Source: Octopus vulgaris (taxonomy: Eukaryota). From it: a stretch of DNA of 64,000 bases. Location of the stretch: positions 51,770,001-51,834,000 of the forward strand of contig OX597818.1 of NCBI GenBank assembly GCA_951406725.2, written 5' to 3'. Position 1 is the stretch's first letter. Each line of letters opens with the position of its first letter. The position numbers were made by a program, and so were the translations under genes. The notes below the pieces were generated by a model, which worked only from the letters and a program-made list of their open reading frames with translations, was not told where the DNA came from and searched no databases. Below are positions 12,129 through 25,700 of this stretch, in pieces.

Positions 12129-12465
12129 TGTACATACATACATGCATGCATACATATATACATACATGCTCCCACATTACGCACACACAAACAGGTCTAC
12201 ATATTATAAATAAACACTACTATTTGTTTATGTGTGTACATGGCACGCGTATGTGTATGTATCGGCTAAAACATTTAAATCTTCTTTTTTAGGGCTCATG
12301 AAATTGCATGTTCAAATATATTAATAAATAACCGAATGTATTCGGTAACAAAAAATTTTTTAACAAAACAGAAGAATGAACTCGAGAATAATACAGTTAT
12401 TTCGAAACTCGTAACAAGTATTATCAATCAATATATTTAAAAAAAACCATTAAAGCGATTTCGTT

Positions 12466-12538
12466 TGGAGAATCCGGGCATCGATCCCGGTACCTCTCGC
12501 ATGCTAAGCGAGCGCTCTACCATCTGAGCTAATTCCCC
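12466..12538 (-). tRNA. tRNA-Ala(AGC)
   Basis: Intact cloverleaf identical to 9011-9083. Confidence 0.95.
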
Positions 12539-12966
12539 TCGATAAGCTTTACAGTTTGGCATTTAAATATTTAAGTGTACCCTGCTCGTTTTCAATATTG
12601 CTGTTGGATACGCTTCACCTATTGTTTTTCCTTTCCCTGTTACACCTATTGAACTGAAGCCATGCTGGAGCAACATCTAAAAGGAATTAGTCGAGCAGAT
12701 CGTCCCCCGGTATTCATCTTTAATTGTGGTATTTATTTATCCTTTTTCCTTTGCCGAACCCCTAGATTACGGGAATATATAATAATCTGAAACTGATTAT
12801 CAAGCGGTGATGGAGAACAAACACAAACTCAAGGACACTGACACACACACACACACACACACACACACAAGCGCGCGCGTGAATATCGAACGATGACTAA
12901 AAGCAAACGGCATAATCAGCCGACGCTTTAATATTCAAATACTAACAGAGAAGTTGGTTCACCGTT

Positions 12967-13039
12967 GGGGAATTAGCTCAGATGGTAGAGCGCTCGCTTA
13001 GCATGCGAGAGGTACCGGGATCGATGCCCGGATTCTCCA
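12967..13039 (+). tRNA. tRNA-Ala(AGC)
   Basis: Intact cloverleaf followed by a long T-run. Confidence 0.95.
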
Positions 13040-13467
13040 ATCAATGTCATTCATTTTTTTTTTTTTTTTTACTTTTGGTTCTTGTGTGCTTCAGTTTTAC
13101 ATATAACAACATTACACACAAGTTCAAAATTTATCTTTTTCTGAATATATTCGGTTTATTGATCACTGCAAATTCATAAAAGCTGAAAGACTTCAAATAC
13201 AGAATGTTTCAGATGACATGTTTCAGTGTCGAGAGACGGCAAAAGCTGAGCATAGACTACGTACCTGTGTGTGTGTGTGTGTACTTGTTCGTATGTATAT
13301 ATGAGTGTTGTATGTGCGTGCGTGTGTTTGTCCACCGTCACCACCACCACTTAATGACCGGTGTTGGTTTATTTACGTCTCACTCAACAAGAGGTTCGGC
13401 AAAGGGAGTATGTAAGTGTTTATTTCGTCACCATAGTAACTGTGTTGTTACTCTATACAATATATAA

Positions 13468-13880
13468 TATTTTATCTGTTAGTAGTTTCAGTCATTTGAT
13501 CGCGGCCATACTGGAGCACCGCCTTGAATGGTTTCAGTCGAACAAATTATCCCTACGACATTATTTTTCAAAGCCTTGCATTTATTCTCTCGGTCCTTTC
13601 TGCCGAAACGCTAAGTTACGGGGACATAAACACACCAACACCAGACGTCAAGCGGTGGTAGGAGACAAAACAGACACAGAAACACACACACATAGATACA
13701 TACGTAGATATATAGGTACATATATACATGTATGTGCGTATGCATACGACGGGCTTCTACTTTCCGTCGACCAAATCCACTCGCCAGGCTTTGATCGGCC
13801 GTGGCTTTGACAGAATACACCTGCCCAATGAGATTTGCAGTGGGACTGAACCCAGAGCCATGTGGTTGGAATGCAAGCCC
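13468..13880 (-). mobile_element. SINE family C (inverted paralog of 7931-8400)
   Basis: Shares private variants and flanks with the 7931 copy. Confidence 0.83.
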
Positions 13881-13986
13881 ATGTAATCGATTTACACCCT
13901 CACTCGAAATTGCTGGCCTTGTATCAAAATTTGAAACATTAGAACTAAAACAAATATATTAGAATTAACAAAATTACTGGATAATG

Positions 13987-14059
13987 TGGAGAATCCGGGT
14001 ATCGATCCCGGTACTTCTCGCATGCAAAGCGAGCGCTCTACCATCTGAGCTAATTCCCC
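13987..14059 (-). tRNA. tRNA-Ala(TGC)
   Basis: Intact stems, variable-loop G>A; flanks paralogous to the 3559 and 5549 copies. Confidence 0.87.
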
Positions 14060-15269
14060 ATTTCTCACTGATCTGGCTTTTCTTATGTATTAATACTTTA
14101 TTAATAAATGTGTTAATTCTTTGTTAATAAACGCGGCGAGCTGACGGAATCGTTAGCACTCCGGGCAAAATACTTAGCGGCCGAGGTGGACATTGCCTTT
14201 CACCCTTCAGGGGTCAATAAAATATTTGCTATTTGAGCTCTGGGGTCGATGCATTCCTGAAGTACCGTGTTTGAAGCTCGGATTTTCTAATAAAGCTATT
14301 TATGTTTATGTTTATTTATCCTCGATTCTATAATTATGTTTATTTTCATGTTGTTGTTCCATTTGTCCCCCCGACCCCTTGTCTGTTCTTGTATCGTCCA
14401 CCTTAATGGACCGGCTAGGACCGATCAGTTTTTGTTATTTACGTAATTAAAGAAATCACAGAATTTCAAGAGGAAATGGAAATGAAATCAAGTGATACAC
14501 AAGATATTAAAAACAAAAGATTTATTGAAGAATCTAAGCATCGATCCTGAAACCTATCGCATGAAAAGCTGGCGCTCTACCTTCTGATATAATTCCCCAG
14601 TTAGCAACCATTAGTTTTTGTTGTGGATATGAAAATTAACCCCGCTACCCACGGAACTTCAAAAGTAAATGAAAAAAAACTCACTCAAGCTATTAAGAAC
14701 TAAATTAACTACACTGGAGAATCCAGATATCGATCCCGGTACATCACGTATGCAAAGCGAGCGCCCAACCACCTGAGCTAATTCCCCGGATAGTAAATAC
14801 ATATGGCACCCGCTTTGCATGTGAGAGGTACCGGGATCGATAACCGGTTTCTCCAATGAAGCTACTTTTGTTCTAAATAACTTGTATATTACTTCATTTC
14901 ATTTACTTTCGAAATTCCGCGTATTCTTTTTAATTTTCATATACACAACAAAAATATGTATTTACTATCCGGGGAATTAGCTCAGGTGGTTGGGCGCTCG
15001 CTTTGCATACGTGATGTACCGGGATCGATATCTGGATTCTCCAGTGTAGTTAATTTAGTTCTTAATAGCTTGAGTGAGTTTTTTTTCATTTACTTGTCTG
15101 TCTTCGTATCGTCCACTTTTTTTCTTTTTTTTACCTTTATGTTTAATAAAGAAAAGAGATTTTAAATTCCAGGATTTAAAAAAAAATTTCATGTACATAT
15201 CCCCTGGTTTGCAATTATAGGTTTTTGTCATGTACATGAAATTTTTTTTTAAATCCTGGAATTTAAAAT

Positions 15270-15660
15270 CTCTTTTCTTTATTAAACATAAAGGTAAAAA
15301 AAAGAAAAAAAGTGGACGATACGAAGACAGACAAGGGGTCGGGGGACAAATGGAACAACAGCATGAAGATAAACATAATTATAGAATCGTGGATAAATAA
15401 GTATAAAATTCGGATGAAAAACAAAAAGGAATGAAAAAAGCAATTATGAAGTGAGGCACGTGGCCGACCCCACAAACCACATTCCAACACTGAATCCTTT
15501 GGTAGACTCTTTAATTTCTCGCCCAAACAAGTTAATTTACTCTCAACACTCCTGCTACAGTCGTCCATCTTTTCAGAAATATTCCATGCGACAGGTATCT
15601 CCTATCCATCCTTATTTTCCTTTTCATATGGAAAAGGAAAAAGTTCACCAACCCAAGGCT
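15270..15660 (-). mobile_element. L1/Tx1-like LINE 3' end (end of ORF2 plus 3' UTR)
   Basis: Minus strand reads GLVNFFLFHMKRKIRMDRRYLSHGIFLKRW, matching the GLVNF end of the 51.5-52.1 kb fragment; then a UTR with AATAAA. The UTR also occurs at 14312-14402 (+). Confidence 0.7.
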
Positions 15661-16163
15661 GAAGAAATGAAATGAAGTAATAATTATATTAGTGAAACAC
15701 AGCTAATTCCCCGGTAAGGGGCCAGATGTTTTTGTTATGTATATGAAAAAATAATCTCGGAATTTCAAATGTAAATGAAAATGAAATAAAGCAATAAGCA
15801 AGTTATTAAAAATAAAAGTAGCTTTATTGGAGAAACCGTATATCGATCTCGGTACCTCTAATATGTAAAGCGAGCGCTTTAAAGATTAAATGCGTATCAT
15901 GTGCATATGACAAGTTTAATACTAACCCAGAATACCAAAAGAAAATGAAATCAAGTAATAGACAAATTATTAAAGCTAAAGGAAAATTCATTGTAGAATC
16001 CGAGCATCGATTTAGGAAACTGTGGCACGAAAAATAAGCGCTCCACAAACTGACTAATTCCGCAGAACCAACTATAGGTTTTAAAGAATCCGGAATTTCG
16101 AAGCTAAATGTAAAAGAAATCAAGTAGTAGAAAAAACATTAATTAAATCAATAATATCGTCCT

Positions 16164-16236
16164 TGGAGAATCCGGGTATCGATCCCGGTACCTCTCGCAT
16201 GCTAAGCGAGCGCTCTACCATCTGAGCTAATTCCCC
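16164..16236 (-). tRNA. tRNA-Ala(AGC)
   Basis: Intact cloverleaf. Confidence 0.93.
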
Positions 16237-16646
16237 GTTCGGTGATTCTAGACGTTTGTTCTGCATATGAAGTGTTGGAAACAAAGCCGGACTATCAAAA
16301 CTAAATGAAATCAAGTAATAGACGAGTCATTAAAAACAAAAGTAGTATTATTGGAGAATGCGGACATTGATCTCGGTACCTTTCGCGTGCAAAGCGATCG
16401 GCCTACCATCTAAAATAATTCTCTGGTTAGCAAATAAAGGATTTCTCTATGTATACGAAATATTTTTAAAAGATCCCGGAATTTTAAAACTAAATGAAAA
16501 TGAAATCAAATTATTGGCAAGTTATTAAAAGCAAAAAGAAACTTCATTGAAAAGTACAGGTATTGAACTAGGAAACTCTCGCATGCAAAGCGAGTGTTCT
16601 ACCATCTGAGCAAATTTCCCGGTCACTGACACAATGTGTATCATAT

Positions 16647-16870
16647 ACTCTTTTACTCTTTTACTTGTTTCAGTCATTTGACTGCGGCCATGCTGGAGCA
16701 CCGCCTTTAGTCGAGCAAATCGACCCAGGGACTTATACTTTGTAAGCCCAGTACATATTCTATCGGTCTCTTTTGCTGAACCGCTAAGTGACGGGGACGT
16801 AAACACACCGGCATCGGTTGTCAAGCAATGCTAGGGGGACAAACACAGACACACACACACACACACACAC

Positions 16871-16910
<40 letters not shown>

Positions 16911-17056
16911 TACAACAGGCTTCTTTCAGTTTCCGTCTACCAAATCCACTCACAAGGCATTGGTCGGCCCGGGGCTATAGCAGAAGACATTTGCCCAAGG
17001 TGCCACGCAGTGGGACTGAACCTGGAACCATGTGGTTGGTTAGCACACAGCCACTC
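16647..17056 (-). mobile_element. SINE family C
   Basis: Reverse complement of the 4750 element. Confidence 0.87.
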
Positions 17057-17333
17057 GCATACGAGAAATTCAAAACAAATACGGAATATCAAAACTCATT
17101 GAAATAAAGTAATTTAGAAGTTATTAAAAACAAAAGTAAGTTCATTGGAGAATCCGGGCATCGATCATGGTACCTCTCGCATGCAAGGTGAGCACTCTAC
17201 CACCTGGTCAGCGTTTACAGGCTTTTGTTATACACATATAAATTTTTTTTAAAAATCCATTGTGTTTTAAAACTAAATGAAATCAAGTAACAGACGAGAT
17301 ATTAAAAACGAAAGTAGCTTCACTGGATGGTCT

Positions 17334-17406
17334 GGGGAATTAGCTCAGATGGTAGAGCGCTCGCTTAGCATGCGAGAGGTACCGGGATCGATGCCCGGAT
17401 TCTCCA
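17334..17406 (+). tRNA. tRNA-Ala(AGC)
   Basis: Intact cloverleaf, locally inverted relative to its neighbours. Confidence 0.93.
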
Positions 17407-17586
17407 AGGCAGATACTTTTGATTTAATTAATGTTTTTTGTACTACTTGATTTCTCATGAAAGCTAATTGCCCGATTAGTGACCAATGGTTTATGAAAAT
17501 TTAAAAAGAAAATCCTCAGAATTTCAAAACTATATGAAAATGAAATCGAGTAATAGACAAATTATTAAAAACGAATTACACGTCGT

Positions 17587-17659
17587 TGGAGAATCCGGGT
17601 ATCGATCCCGGTACCTCTCGCATGCAAAGCGAGCGCTCTACCAACTGAGCTAATTCCCC
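17587..17659 (-). tRNA. tRNA-Ala(TGC), D-loop AGTTGG isodecoder
   Basis: Intact cloverleaf. Confidence 0.93.
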
Positions 17660-18015
17660 GGTTAGGAATCAAAACTTTTTGTTATGTATATGAAAATAAA
17701 AATAAACCTTGAATTTCAAATATAAATGAAATGAAGGAAAATACAAGTTATTAAGAATAAAAGTAGCTTCATTGGAGAATCCGGTTATCGATCCCGGTAC
17801 CTCTCACATTCAAAACGAGCGCTCTACCGTCTGAACCCGGTCGCTGACAGAATTTGTTATGTATACGAGAGTATCTGAGATAATTCCCCAGTTAGCAACA
17901 TAATTGTTTTTTCTTATACGAAAATTTGAAAAAAAAATCCTGGAATTTTAAAATTAAAGGAAAATAAGGGCATTCTTTCGATATAACTCGACAAAATCAA
18001 AACACTTTACTATAT

Positions 18016-18088
18016 TGGAGAATCCGGGTATCGATCCCGGTACCTCTCGCATGCTAAGCGAGCGCTCTACCATCTGAGCTAATTCCCC
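18016..18088 (-). tRNA. tRNA-Ala(AGC)
   Basis: Intact cloverleaf. Confidence 0.93.
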
Positions 18089-18195
18089 AGCCGGCAAACT
18101 TCGGTCGTTTGTTGTGCATATGAAATGCTGGAAACAAAGCCGGAATATGAAAACTAAATGAAAGCAAGTAATAGACAGCTTATTAAGATCGGAAG

Positions 18196-18598
18196 TAAGT
18201 TAAGTTAATTTTTTGGCTCAAAAAGCAAAAAGCAAGTAGGAGGACATGGAGTTATGTACAGGGTGGTGTTCATGCAAAGAGTTCAGGCCACTTCTGGTCA
18301 AGGGAGACTTTGAACCGAGCGGCCGTCGACATCTTCACCATCTCGTCCGGCAGCTTATTCCACGGATCCGCAACCCGGACGGAGAAAGCCCCTCTCCTTC
18401 GATTGAGATGAAATCATCACAGATAGAGCTTTTCGGAGTGACCCCGCAGCCGACGCTCTGAAGCAGGAGTGAAGAACAGCCCTTTCGAGAGGTTACACTT
18501 TCCGCTCATGATGTTGTGAGCAAGAATGAGATCTCCACGGCGTCGTCGTTTTTCTAGAGAATAAAGGTCGAGCGTCTTCAGCCTTTCTTCATAAGACA
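18196..18598 (-). mobile_element. CR1-type LINE, 5'-truncated 3' end
   Basis: SYEERLKTLDLYSLEKRRRRGDLI...LRGH...FSVRVADPWNKLP...FKVSLD is the classic CR1 ORF2 C-terminus; (AACTT)n tail. Confidence 0.92.
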
Positions 18599-18685
18599 TC
18601 CGGTACGTCTCTATCATGCAGAACGAGCCTTCCACCACTTGAGACAAACTCCCGGTAAGCGACTATCGGTGTTTGTGATGCATTC

Positions 18686-18876
18686 TTTTTTTTTTTTTTC
18701 AGTTTTTTGACTGCGGCCATGCTGGAGCACCAGCGTTGGTGGAACAAATCGACCCCAGGACTTATTCTTTGTATGCCTAGCACTTATTCTATCGGCTACT
18801 TTTGCCGAACTGCTGAGTTACGGAGACTTAAACACACCAATATCGGTTGTCAAACTATTGTGGGAGGACAAACGCA

Positions 18877-18944
<68 letters not shown>

Positions 18945-19116
18945 TACATATATACGACGGGCTTCTTTCAGTTTCCGTTTACCGAATCCACTCACAAGTT
19001 TGGTCGACCCGAGGCTATAGTAGAAGACACATGCCCAAGGTGCCAAGCAGTGGGACAGAACCCAGAATCAAGTGGTTGGTAAGCAAGCTACTTACCACAC
19101 AGCCACTCCTGCGCCT
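18686..19116 (-). mobile_element. SINE family C
   Basis: Full head to tail, internal (CA)n. Confidence 0.87.
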
Positions 19117-19959
19117 ATATGTATATGAAAATTACAAAAAAAAAAAAAAAAATCGTGGAATTTAAAAAGCAATTGAAATCGAACTCAAGTAATTGACAAG
19201 TTATTGAAAACGAAATTAGTTCCAGTGGAGAATCCGGACTTCGATCCCGGTACCTCTCAGAAGAAAATCACTTTTGGAGAATCCGTGTACTGATCCCGGT
19301 ACATATCGCATGCAATCTGCACGTTGTATATTCTGAGCTAATTCTATGTTGAGCAAACATAGGATTTGTTATGGATAAGAATATTTAAAATAATCCTCGG
19401 AAATTCAAGAGAAATTGCGAAAGACTTCAAGTAATAGACATGGGGGAGAATCATAGCATTGGTACCGTCACCTCCCACATATAAAGCGACCGATCTACCG
19501 TCTGAGATAATTCCTAGGTTGGCGCTCAAAGGATTTTGTGATATCTATGACAATTTTTAAAAAATCCCGAATTTCATAACTAAATTGAAATGAAATAAAA
19601 TATAAATTAAGAACGGAAGAAGATTCGTTGGAGAAACTGGGTATAGACCGCGGGACCTCTCGCACGCAAAGTGAGCGCTCTACCATCTGAGATACTTCCC
19701 CGTCTGAGGGAACAGACGTTTGTTATGCATACGAAAACTTGAAAACAAACCCGGAATATCAAAAGTAAATGAAATAATGTAATAGACAAGTTATTAAAAA
19801 CAAAAGAAACTTCTTTTGAGAATCCGGGCCCGACCCCGATACTTCTCGCACGAAAGACAAGAGATCTACTACCTGGGCTAATTCCCAAGTTAAGAGCCAA
19901 ATTAAGAGGCTTTTAGTAATATATATATGAATATTTAATAAAATGAAAAAAAGTCTTAA

Positions 19960-20032
19960 TGGAGAATCCGGGTATCGATCCCGGTACCTCTCGCATGCAA
20001 AGCGAGCGCTCTACCATCTGAGCTAATTCCCC
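19960..20032 (-). tRNA. tRNA-Ala(TGC)
   Basis: Intact cloverleaf. Confidence 0.93.
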
Positions 20033-21084
20033 GGACAACTACCTTGGACGTTTGTTGTGCATATGAAATGTTCGAAACAAAGCCGGAATATCAAAACTAA
20101 ATGAAATCAAGTAATAGACAAGTTATTAAAAACAAAAGTAGTATTATTGGTGAATGCGGACGTCGATCCCCGTACCTCTGGCATGCCAATCGAGCGCACT
20201 ATCACTTGAGCTATACTACCCCCTAGCGGCCGTGGATGTTTGTAATACATATGAAAACAAAATCGCAGAATTTAAAACGTATATGAAAATGAAATCAACT
20301 TATAGGCAACTAAATTAGTTTCACTGGAGATTCCCGGACATTGATCCTGGTACCTCACACATGCAAAGCGAGGGATCTATGAAAGGACCAATTCGCCGGT
20401 TGGTGACCCCCGGCGTTTGTTACGTATATTTTTTATTCTTTATGAAAAAGGAAAAAAAAAACCCCGGAATTTTTAAAAGTAAAAGAAATGGAATAAAACA
20501 AGAGTTATTAAAATGAAAGGCAGCTTTCCTGAAGAATCCGGGAATCGATATCGGAACCACTCGCACACAAAGCGAGCGCGTTACCCTCTCAATTATTTCC
20601 CCACTTAACAAACAAGAGTATTTTTTATGTATATGAAAATTTGAGAAAAAACCTGGGAATTTCAAAACTAAATGAAAATGAAATGCAAAAAGAAACAAGA
20701 TATGAAAACAAAAGTAGCAATACTGGAGAATCCGTGAGCTGATCCCGGTTTATATCCACATAAAAAACGAGCGCCCTATATTCTGAGCTAAGTCTACGCT
20801 GAGTAAGGTTTCCCAACCCTGGAAATTCAAAAGAAATTGAGAAAGATATCAAGCAATAGGCAAATTATTAAAAACAAAGCAGCTCAGTTGGAGAATCATG
20901 GCATTGATACCGACACCTTTCGCAATCAAAGCGGGCGATCTACTGTCGGAGCTAATTCCCCGGTCAGTGACTGAGCTCGTATCATGTGCTTTTGCTTTGT
21001 ATATGAAAAGTTAAAATCATCCCAGATTTAATGACAGAGGTTTTTTCTTGTGTATATGAAAATTTTCAAAAAAAAAAAAAAATC

Positions 21085-21247
21085 GGGGCAGGAGTGGCTG
21101 TGTGGTAAGTAGATTACTTACCAACAACATGGTTCCAGGTTCAGTCCCACTGTGTGGCACCTTGGGCAAGTATCTTCTACTATAGCCTTGGGCCGACTAA
21201 GGCCTTGTGAGTGGATTTGGTAGACGGAAACTAAAAGAAGCCCGTCG

Positions 21248-21281
<34 letters not shown>

Positions 21282-21544
21282 TGTATGTATGTATGTATGT
21301 ATGTGTGTGTGTGTATGTGTGTGTGTGTGTGTCTGTTTGTCCCCCAACATCGCTTGACAACCGATGCTAGTGTGTTTACATCCCCATAACTTAGCGGTTC
21401 GGCAAAAGAGACCGATATAATAAGTACAAGGCTTCCAAAGAATAAGTCCTGGGGTCGATTTGCTCGATTTGCTCGATTAAAATGGCGGTGCTTTAGCATG
21501 GCCGCAGTCAAATGACTGAAACAAGTAAAAGAGTAAAGAGAGTA
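21085..21544 (+). mobile_element. SINE family C
   Basis: Head, core, (TATG)n and AAAGAG tail. Confidence 0.87.
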
Positions 21545-21965
21545 TTTGGAAAGAAAATGAAAATGAAATGAAACAAGAGATAAGATATGAAAGCAAAAGT
21601 AGTATTACTGGAGATATCGCATGTAAAGCGAGTGCCCTACATCCTGAGCTAATTCTATGCTGAGTAAACATAGGTTTTGCTATGTATATGAATATTTTAA
21701 AAACCTTGGAAATTCAAAAGAAATCGAAAAAGATATCATGTAATAGACAAGTTATTAAAGACAAAGCAGCGCCATTGGAGAATGATGGCATTGATAACGG
21801 TAACTCTACTATGTAAGTTGAGCACTCTGCCGTCTGAGACAAATTCCTGGTGAGCGTTAGAGTTTTGTTATGTACATGAAATGTTTTTTAAATTCCCGAA
21901 TTTCAAAACTAAATGAAAATGAAATATAGCCATTAACAAATTATTAAAAACGAAATAAGATTGCT

Positions 21966-22038
21966 TGGAGAATCCGGGTATCGATCCCGGTACCTCTCGC
22001 ATGCAAAGCGAGCGCTCTACCATCTGAGCTAATTCCCC
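21966..22038 (-). tRNA. tRNA-Ala(TGC)
   Basis: Intact cloverleaf. Confidence 0.93.
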
Positions 22039-22789
22039 AGTTGGAAGATTAGGCTGTTTGTTATCCATATGAAAAGTTGAAAACCAACCCGGAATATCAT
22101 AAAAAGTACTTTTGTTCTTTACGTTTTACATTGCGAGAGGGACCGGTGTCGAATCCCGGATTCTTCAGGAAAGCTACGTTTCATTTTCATAACATTACTT
22201 TCGAAATTCCGGCTTCTTTTGTCATTTTCATATACATAACAAAATCCGTAATTACTAACCATGAAACTGGCTCTGTTGGTAGAGCGCTCGCTTTACGTGT
22301 GAGAAGTAATAAAATCGATATCCGGATTTCACAGAGAAAATAATTTCGTTGTCTGTTACATGAGTTCCTTATACGTTTTAAGTTCTACGATTTTTTTTTG
22401 TTTTCATATGCATAACAAACGTCCATGATTGCTAACTGGGAGTTCAGCTCAAGTGGTAGTGCGCTTATTTGGCATACGAGAGCTAGCGGGATCGATACCC
22501 GGATTCCCCAATAACGCTACATTTGTTTTTAATAACTTGTCTATCACATGATTTCATTCTACAACATTTCATATGTACAACAAACGTTCGATGTAGCTGT
22601 CCGGGTGGATTAACTCAGGAGGTAGAGCGCTCGTTTTGCATGCGAGAGGTACCGGGATCAGTGCGCAGATTCTCCACTGAAGCTATTTTTGTTTTAATAA
22701 CTTGTCTATTACTTCATTTCATTTTATATACATAACAAAAACCTCTGGTCTGTAACCGGGGACATCCCCCATATTGTATGTATACTGTT

Positions 22790-25700
22790 CGCTTTGCATG
22801 CGAGACATCCGGGATCGATACCCGGATTCTCCATTGAAGTTTCTTTTGTTTTTCATAACTTGCCAATTGATTTCATTTACTTTTGATATTCCGGGTTTGT
22901 TTTCAACTTTTCATATTTATCTAACATCAGCATCCTGTGGAAGGGGGAATTAGCTCAGATGGTAGAGCGCTCGCTTTGCATGCGAGAGGTACCGGGATCG
23001 ATACCCGGATTCTCCATTGAAGTTTCTTTTGTTTTTCATAACTTGCCAATTGATTTCATTTACTTTTGATATTCCGGGTTTGTTTTCAACTTTTCATATT
23101 TATCTAACATCAGCATCCTGTGGAAGGGGGAATTAGCTCAGATGGTAGAGCGCTCGTTTTGCATGCGAGAGGTACCGGGATCGATACCCGGATTCTCCAT
23201 TGAAGTTTCTTTTGTTTTTCATAACTTGCCTCTTGATTTCATTGACGTTTGATATTCCGGGTTTGTTTTCAACTTTTCATATTTATCTAACATCAGCAAC
23301 CTGTGGAAGGGGGAATTAGCTCAGATGGTAGAGCGCTCGCTTTGCATGCGAGAGGTACCGGGATCGATACCCGGATTCTCCATTGAAGTTTCTTTTGTTT
23401 TTCATAACTTGCCTCTTGATTTCATTTACGTTTGATATTCCGGGTTTGTTTTCAACTTTTCATATTTATCTAACATCAGCAACCTGTGGAAGGGGAATTA
23501 GCTCAGATGGTAGAGCGCTCGCTTTGCATGCGAGAGGTACCGGAATCGATACCCGGATTCTCCATTGAAGTTTCTTTTGTTTTTCATAACTTGCCTCTTG
23601 ATTTCATTTACGTTTGATATTCCGGGTTTGTTTTCAACTTTTCATATTTATCTAACATCAGCAACCTGTGGAAGGGGGAATTAGCTCAGATGGTAGAGCG
23701 CTCGCTTTGCATGCGAGAGGTACCGGATCGATACCCGGATTCTCCATTGAAGTTTCTTTTGTTTTTCATAACTTGCCTCTTGATTTCATTTACGTTTGAT
23801 ATTCAGGGTTTGTTTTCAACTTTTCATATTTATCTAACATCAGCATCCTGTGGAAGGGGGAATTAGCTCAGATGGTAGAGCGCTCGCTTTGCATGCGAGA
23901 GGTACCGGGATCGATACCCGGATTCTCCATTGAAGTTTCTTTTCTTTTTCATAACTTGCCTATTGATTACATTCACGTTTGATATTCCAGGTTTCTTTTC
24001 AACCTTTCATATTTATCTAACATCAGCAACCTGTGGAAGGGGGAATTAGCTCAGATGGTAGAGCGCTCGCTTTGCATGCGAGAGGTACCGGGATCGATAC
24101 CTGATTCTCCATTGAAGTTTCTTTTGTTTTTCATAACTTGCCTATTGATTTCATTTACGTTTGATATTCCGCGTTTGTTTTCAACTTTTCATATTTATCT
24201 AACATCAGCAACCTGTGGAAGTGGGAATTAGCTCAGATGGTAGAGCGCTCGCTTTGCATGCGAGAGGTACCGGAATCGATACCCGGATTCTCCATTGAAG
24301 TTTCTTTTGTTTTTCATAACTTGCCAATTGATTTCATTTACTTTTGATATTCCGGGTTTGTTTTCAACTTTTCATATTTATCTAACATCAGCATCCTGTG
24401 GAAGGGGGAATTAGCTCAGATGGTAGAGCGCTCGCTTTGCATGCGAGAGGTACCGGGATCGATACCCGGATTCTCCATTGAAGTTTCTTTTGTTTTTCAT
24501 AACTTGCCTCTTGATTTCATTTACGTTTGATATTCCGGGTTTGTTTTCAACTTTTCATATTTATCTAACATCAGCAACCTGCGGAAGGGGGAATTAGCTC
24601 AGATGGTAGAGCGCTCGCTTTGCATGCGAGAGGTACCGGGATCGATACCCGGATTCTCCATTGAAGTTTCTTTTGTTTTTCATAACTTGCCTCTTGATTT
24701 CATTTACGTTTGATATTCCGGGTTTGTTTTCAACTTTTCATATTTATCTAACATCAGCAACCTGTGGAAGTGGGAATTAGCTCAGATGGTAGAGCGCTCG
24801 CTTTGCATGCGAGAGGTACCGGAATCGATACCCGGATTCTCCATTGAAGTTTCTTTTGTTTTTCATAACTTGCCTCTTGATTTTATTTACGTTTGATATT
24901 CCGGGTTTGTTTTCAACTTTTCATATTTATCTAACATCAGCAACATGTGGAAGGGGGAATTAGCTCAGATGGTAGAGCGCTCGCTTTGCATGCGAGAGGT
25001 ACCGGAATCGATACCCGGATTCTCCATTGAAGTTTCTTTTGTTTTTCATAACTTGACTATAGATTTCATTTACGTTTGATATTCAGGGTTTGTTTTCAAC
25101 TTTTCATATTTATCTAACATCAGCAACCTGTGGAAGGGGGAATTAGCTCAGATGGTAGAGCGCTCGCTTTGCATGCGAGAGGTACCGGAATCGATACCCG
25201 GATTCTCCATTGAAGTTTCTTTTGTTTTTCATAACTTGCCGATTGATTTCATTGACGTTTGATATTCAGGGTTTGTGTTCAACTTTTCATATATATCTAA
25301 CATCAGCAATCTGTGGAATGGGGAATTAGGTCAGATGGTAGAGCGCTCGCTTTGCATGCGAGAGGTACCGGGATCGATACCCGGATTCTCCACTGAAGTT
25401 TCTTTTGTTTTTCATAACTTGCCTATTGATTTCATTGACGTTTGATATTCCGGTTTGTTTTCAACTTTTCATATTTATCTAACATCAGCATCCTGTGGAA
25501 GGGGAATTAGCTCAGATGGTAGAGCGCTCGCTTTGCATGCGAGAGGTACCGGGATCGATACCCGGATTCTCCATTGAAGTTTCTTTTGTTTTTCATAACT
25601 TGCCTCTTGATTTCATTTACGTTTGATATTCCGGGTTTGTTTTCAACTTTTCATATTTATCTAACATCAGCAACCTGTGGAAGGGGGAATTAGCTCAGAT

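Larger units (their letters stand above)
14450..22790. repeat. Degenerate array of ~180-bp tRNA-Ala-derived units (pseudogenes), mostly minus strand, with interspersed intact genes and TEs
   Basis: Recurring GGAGAATCCGG-ATCGATCCCGGTACC remnants separated by a shared spacer TTGTTATGTATATGAAAA...GGAATTTCAAAA...AAGTAATAGACAAGTTATTAAAAACAAAAG. Confidence 0.9.
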
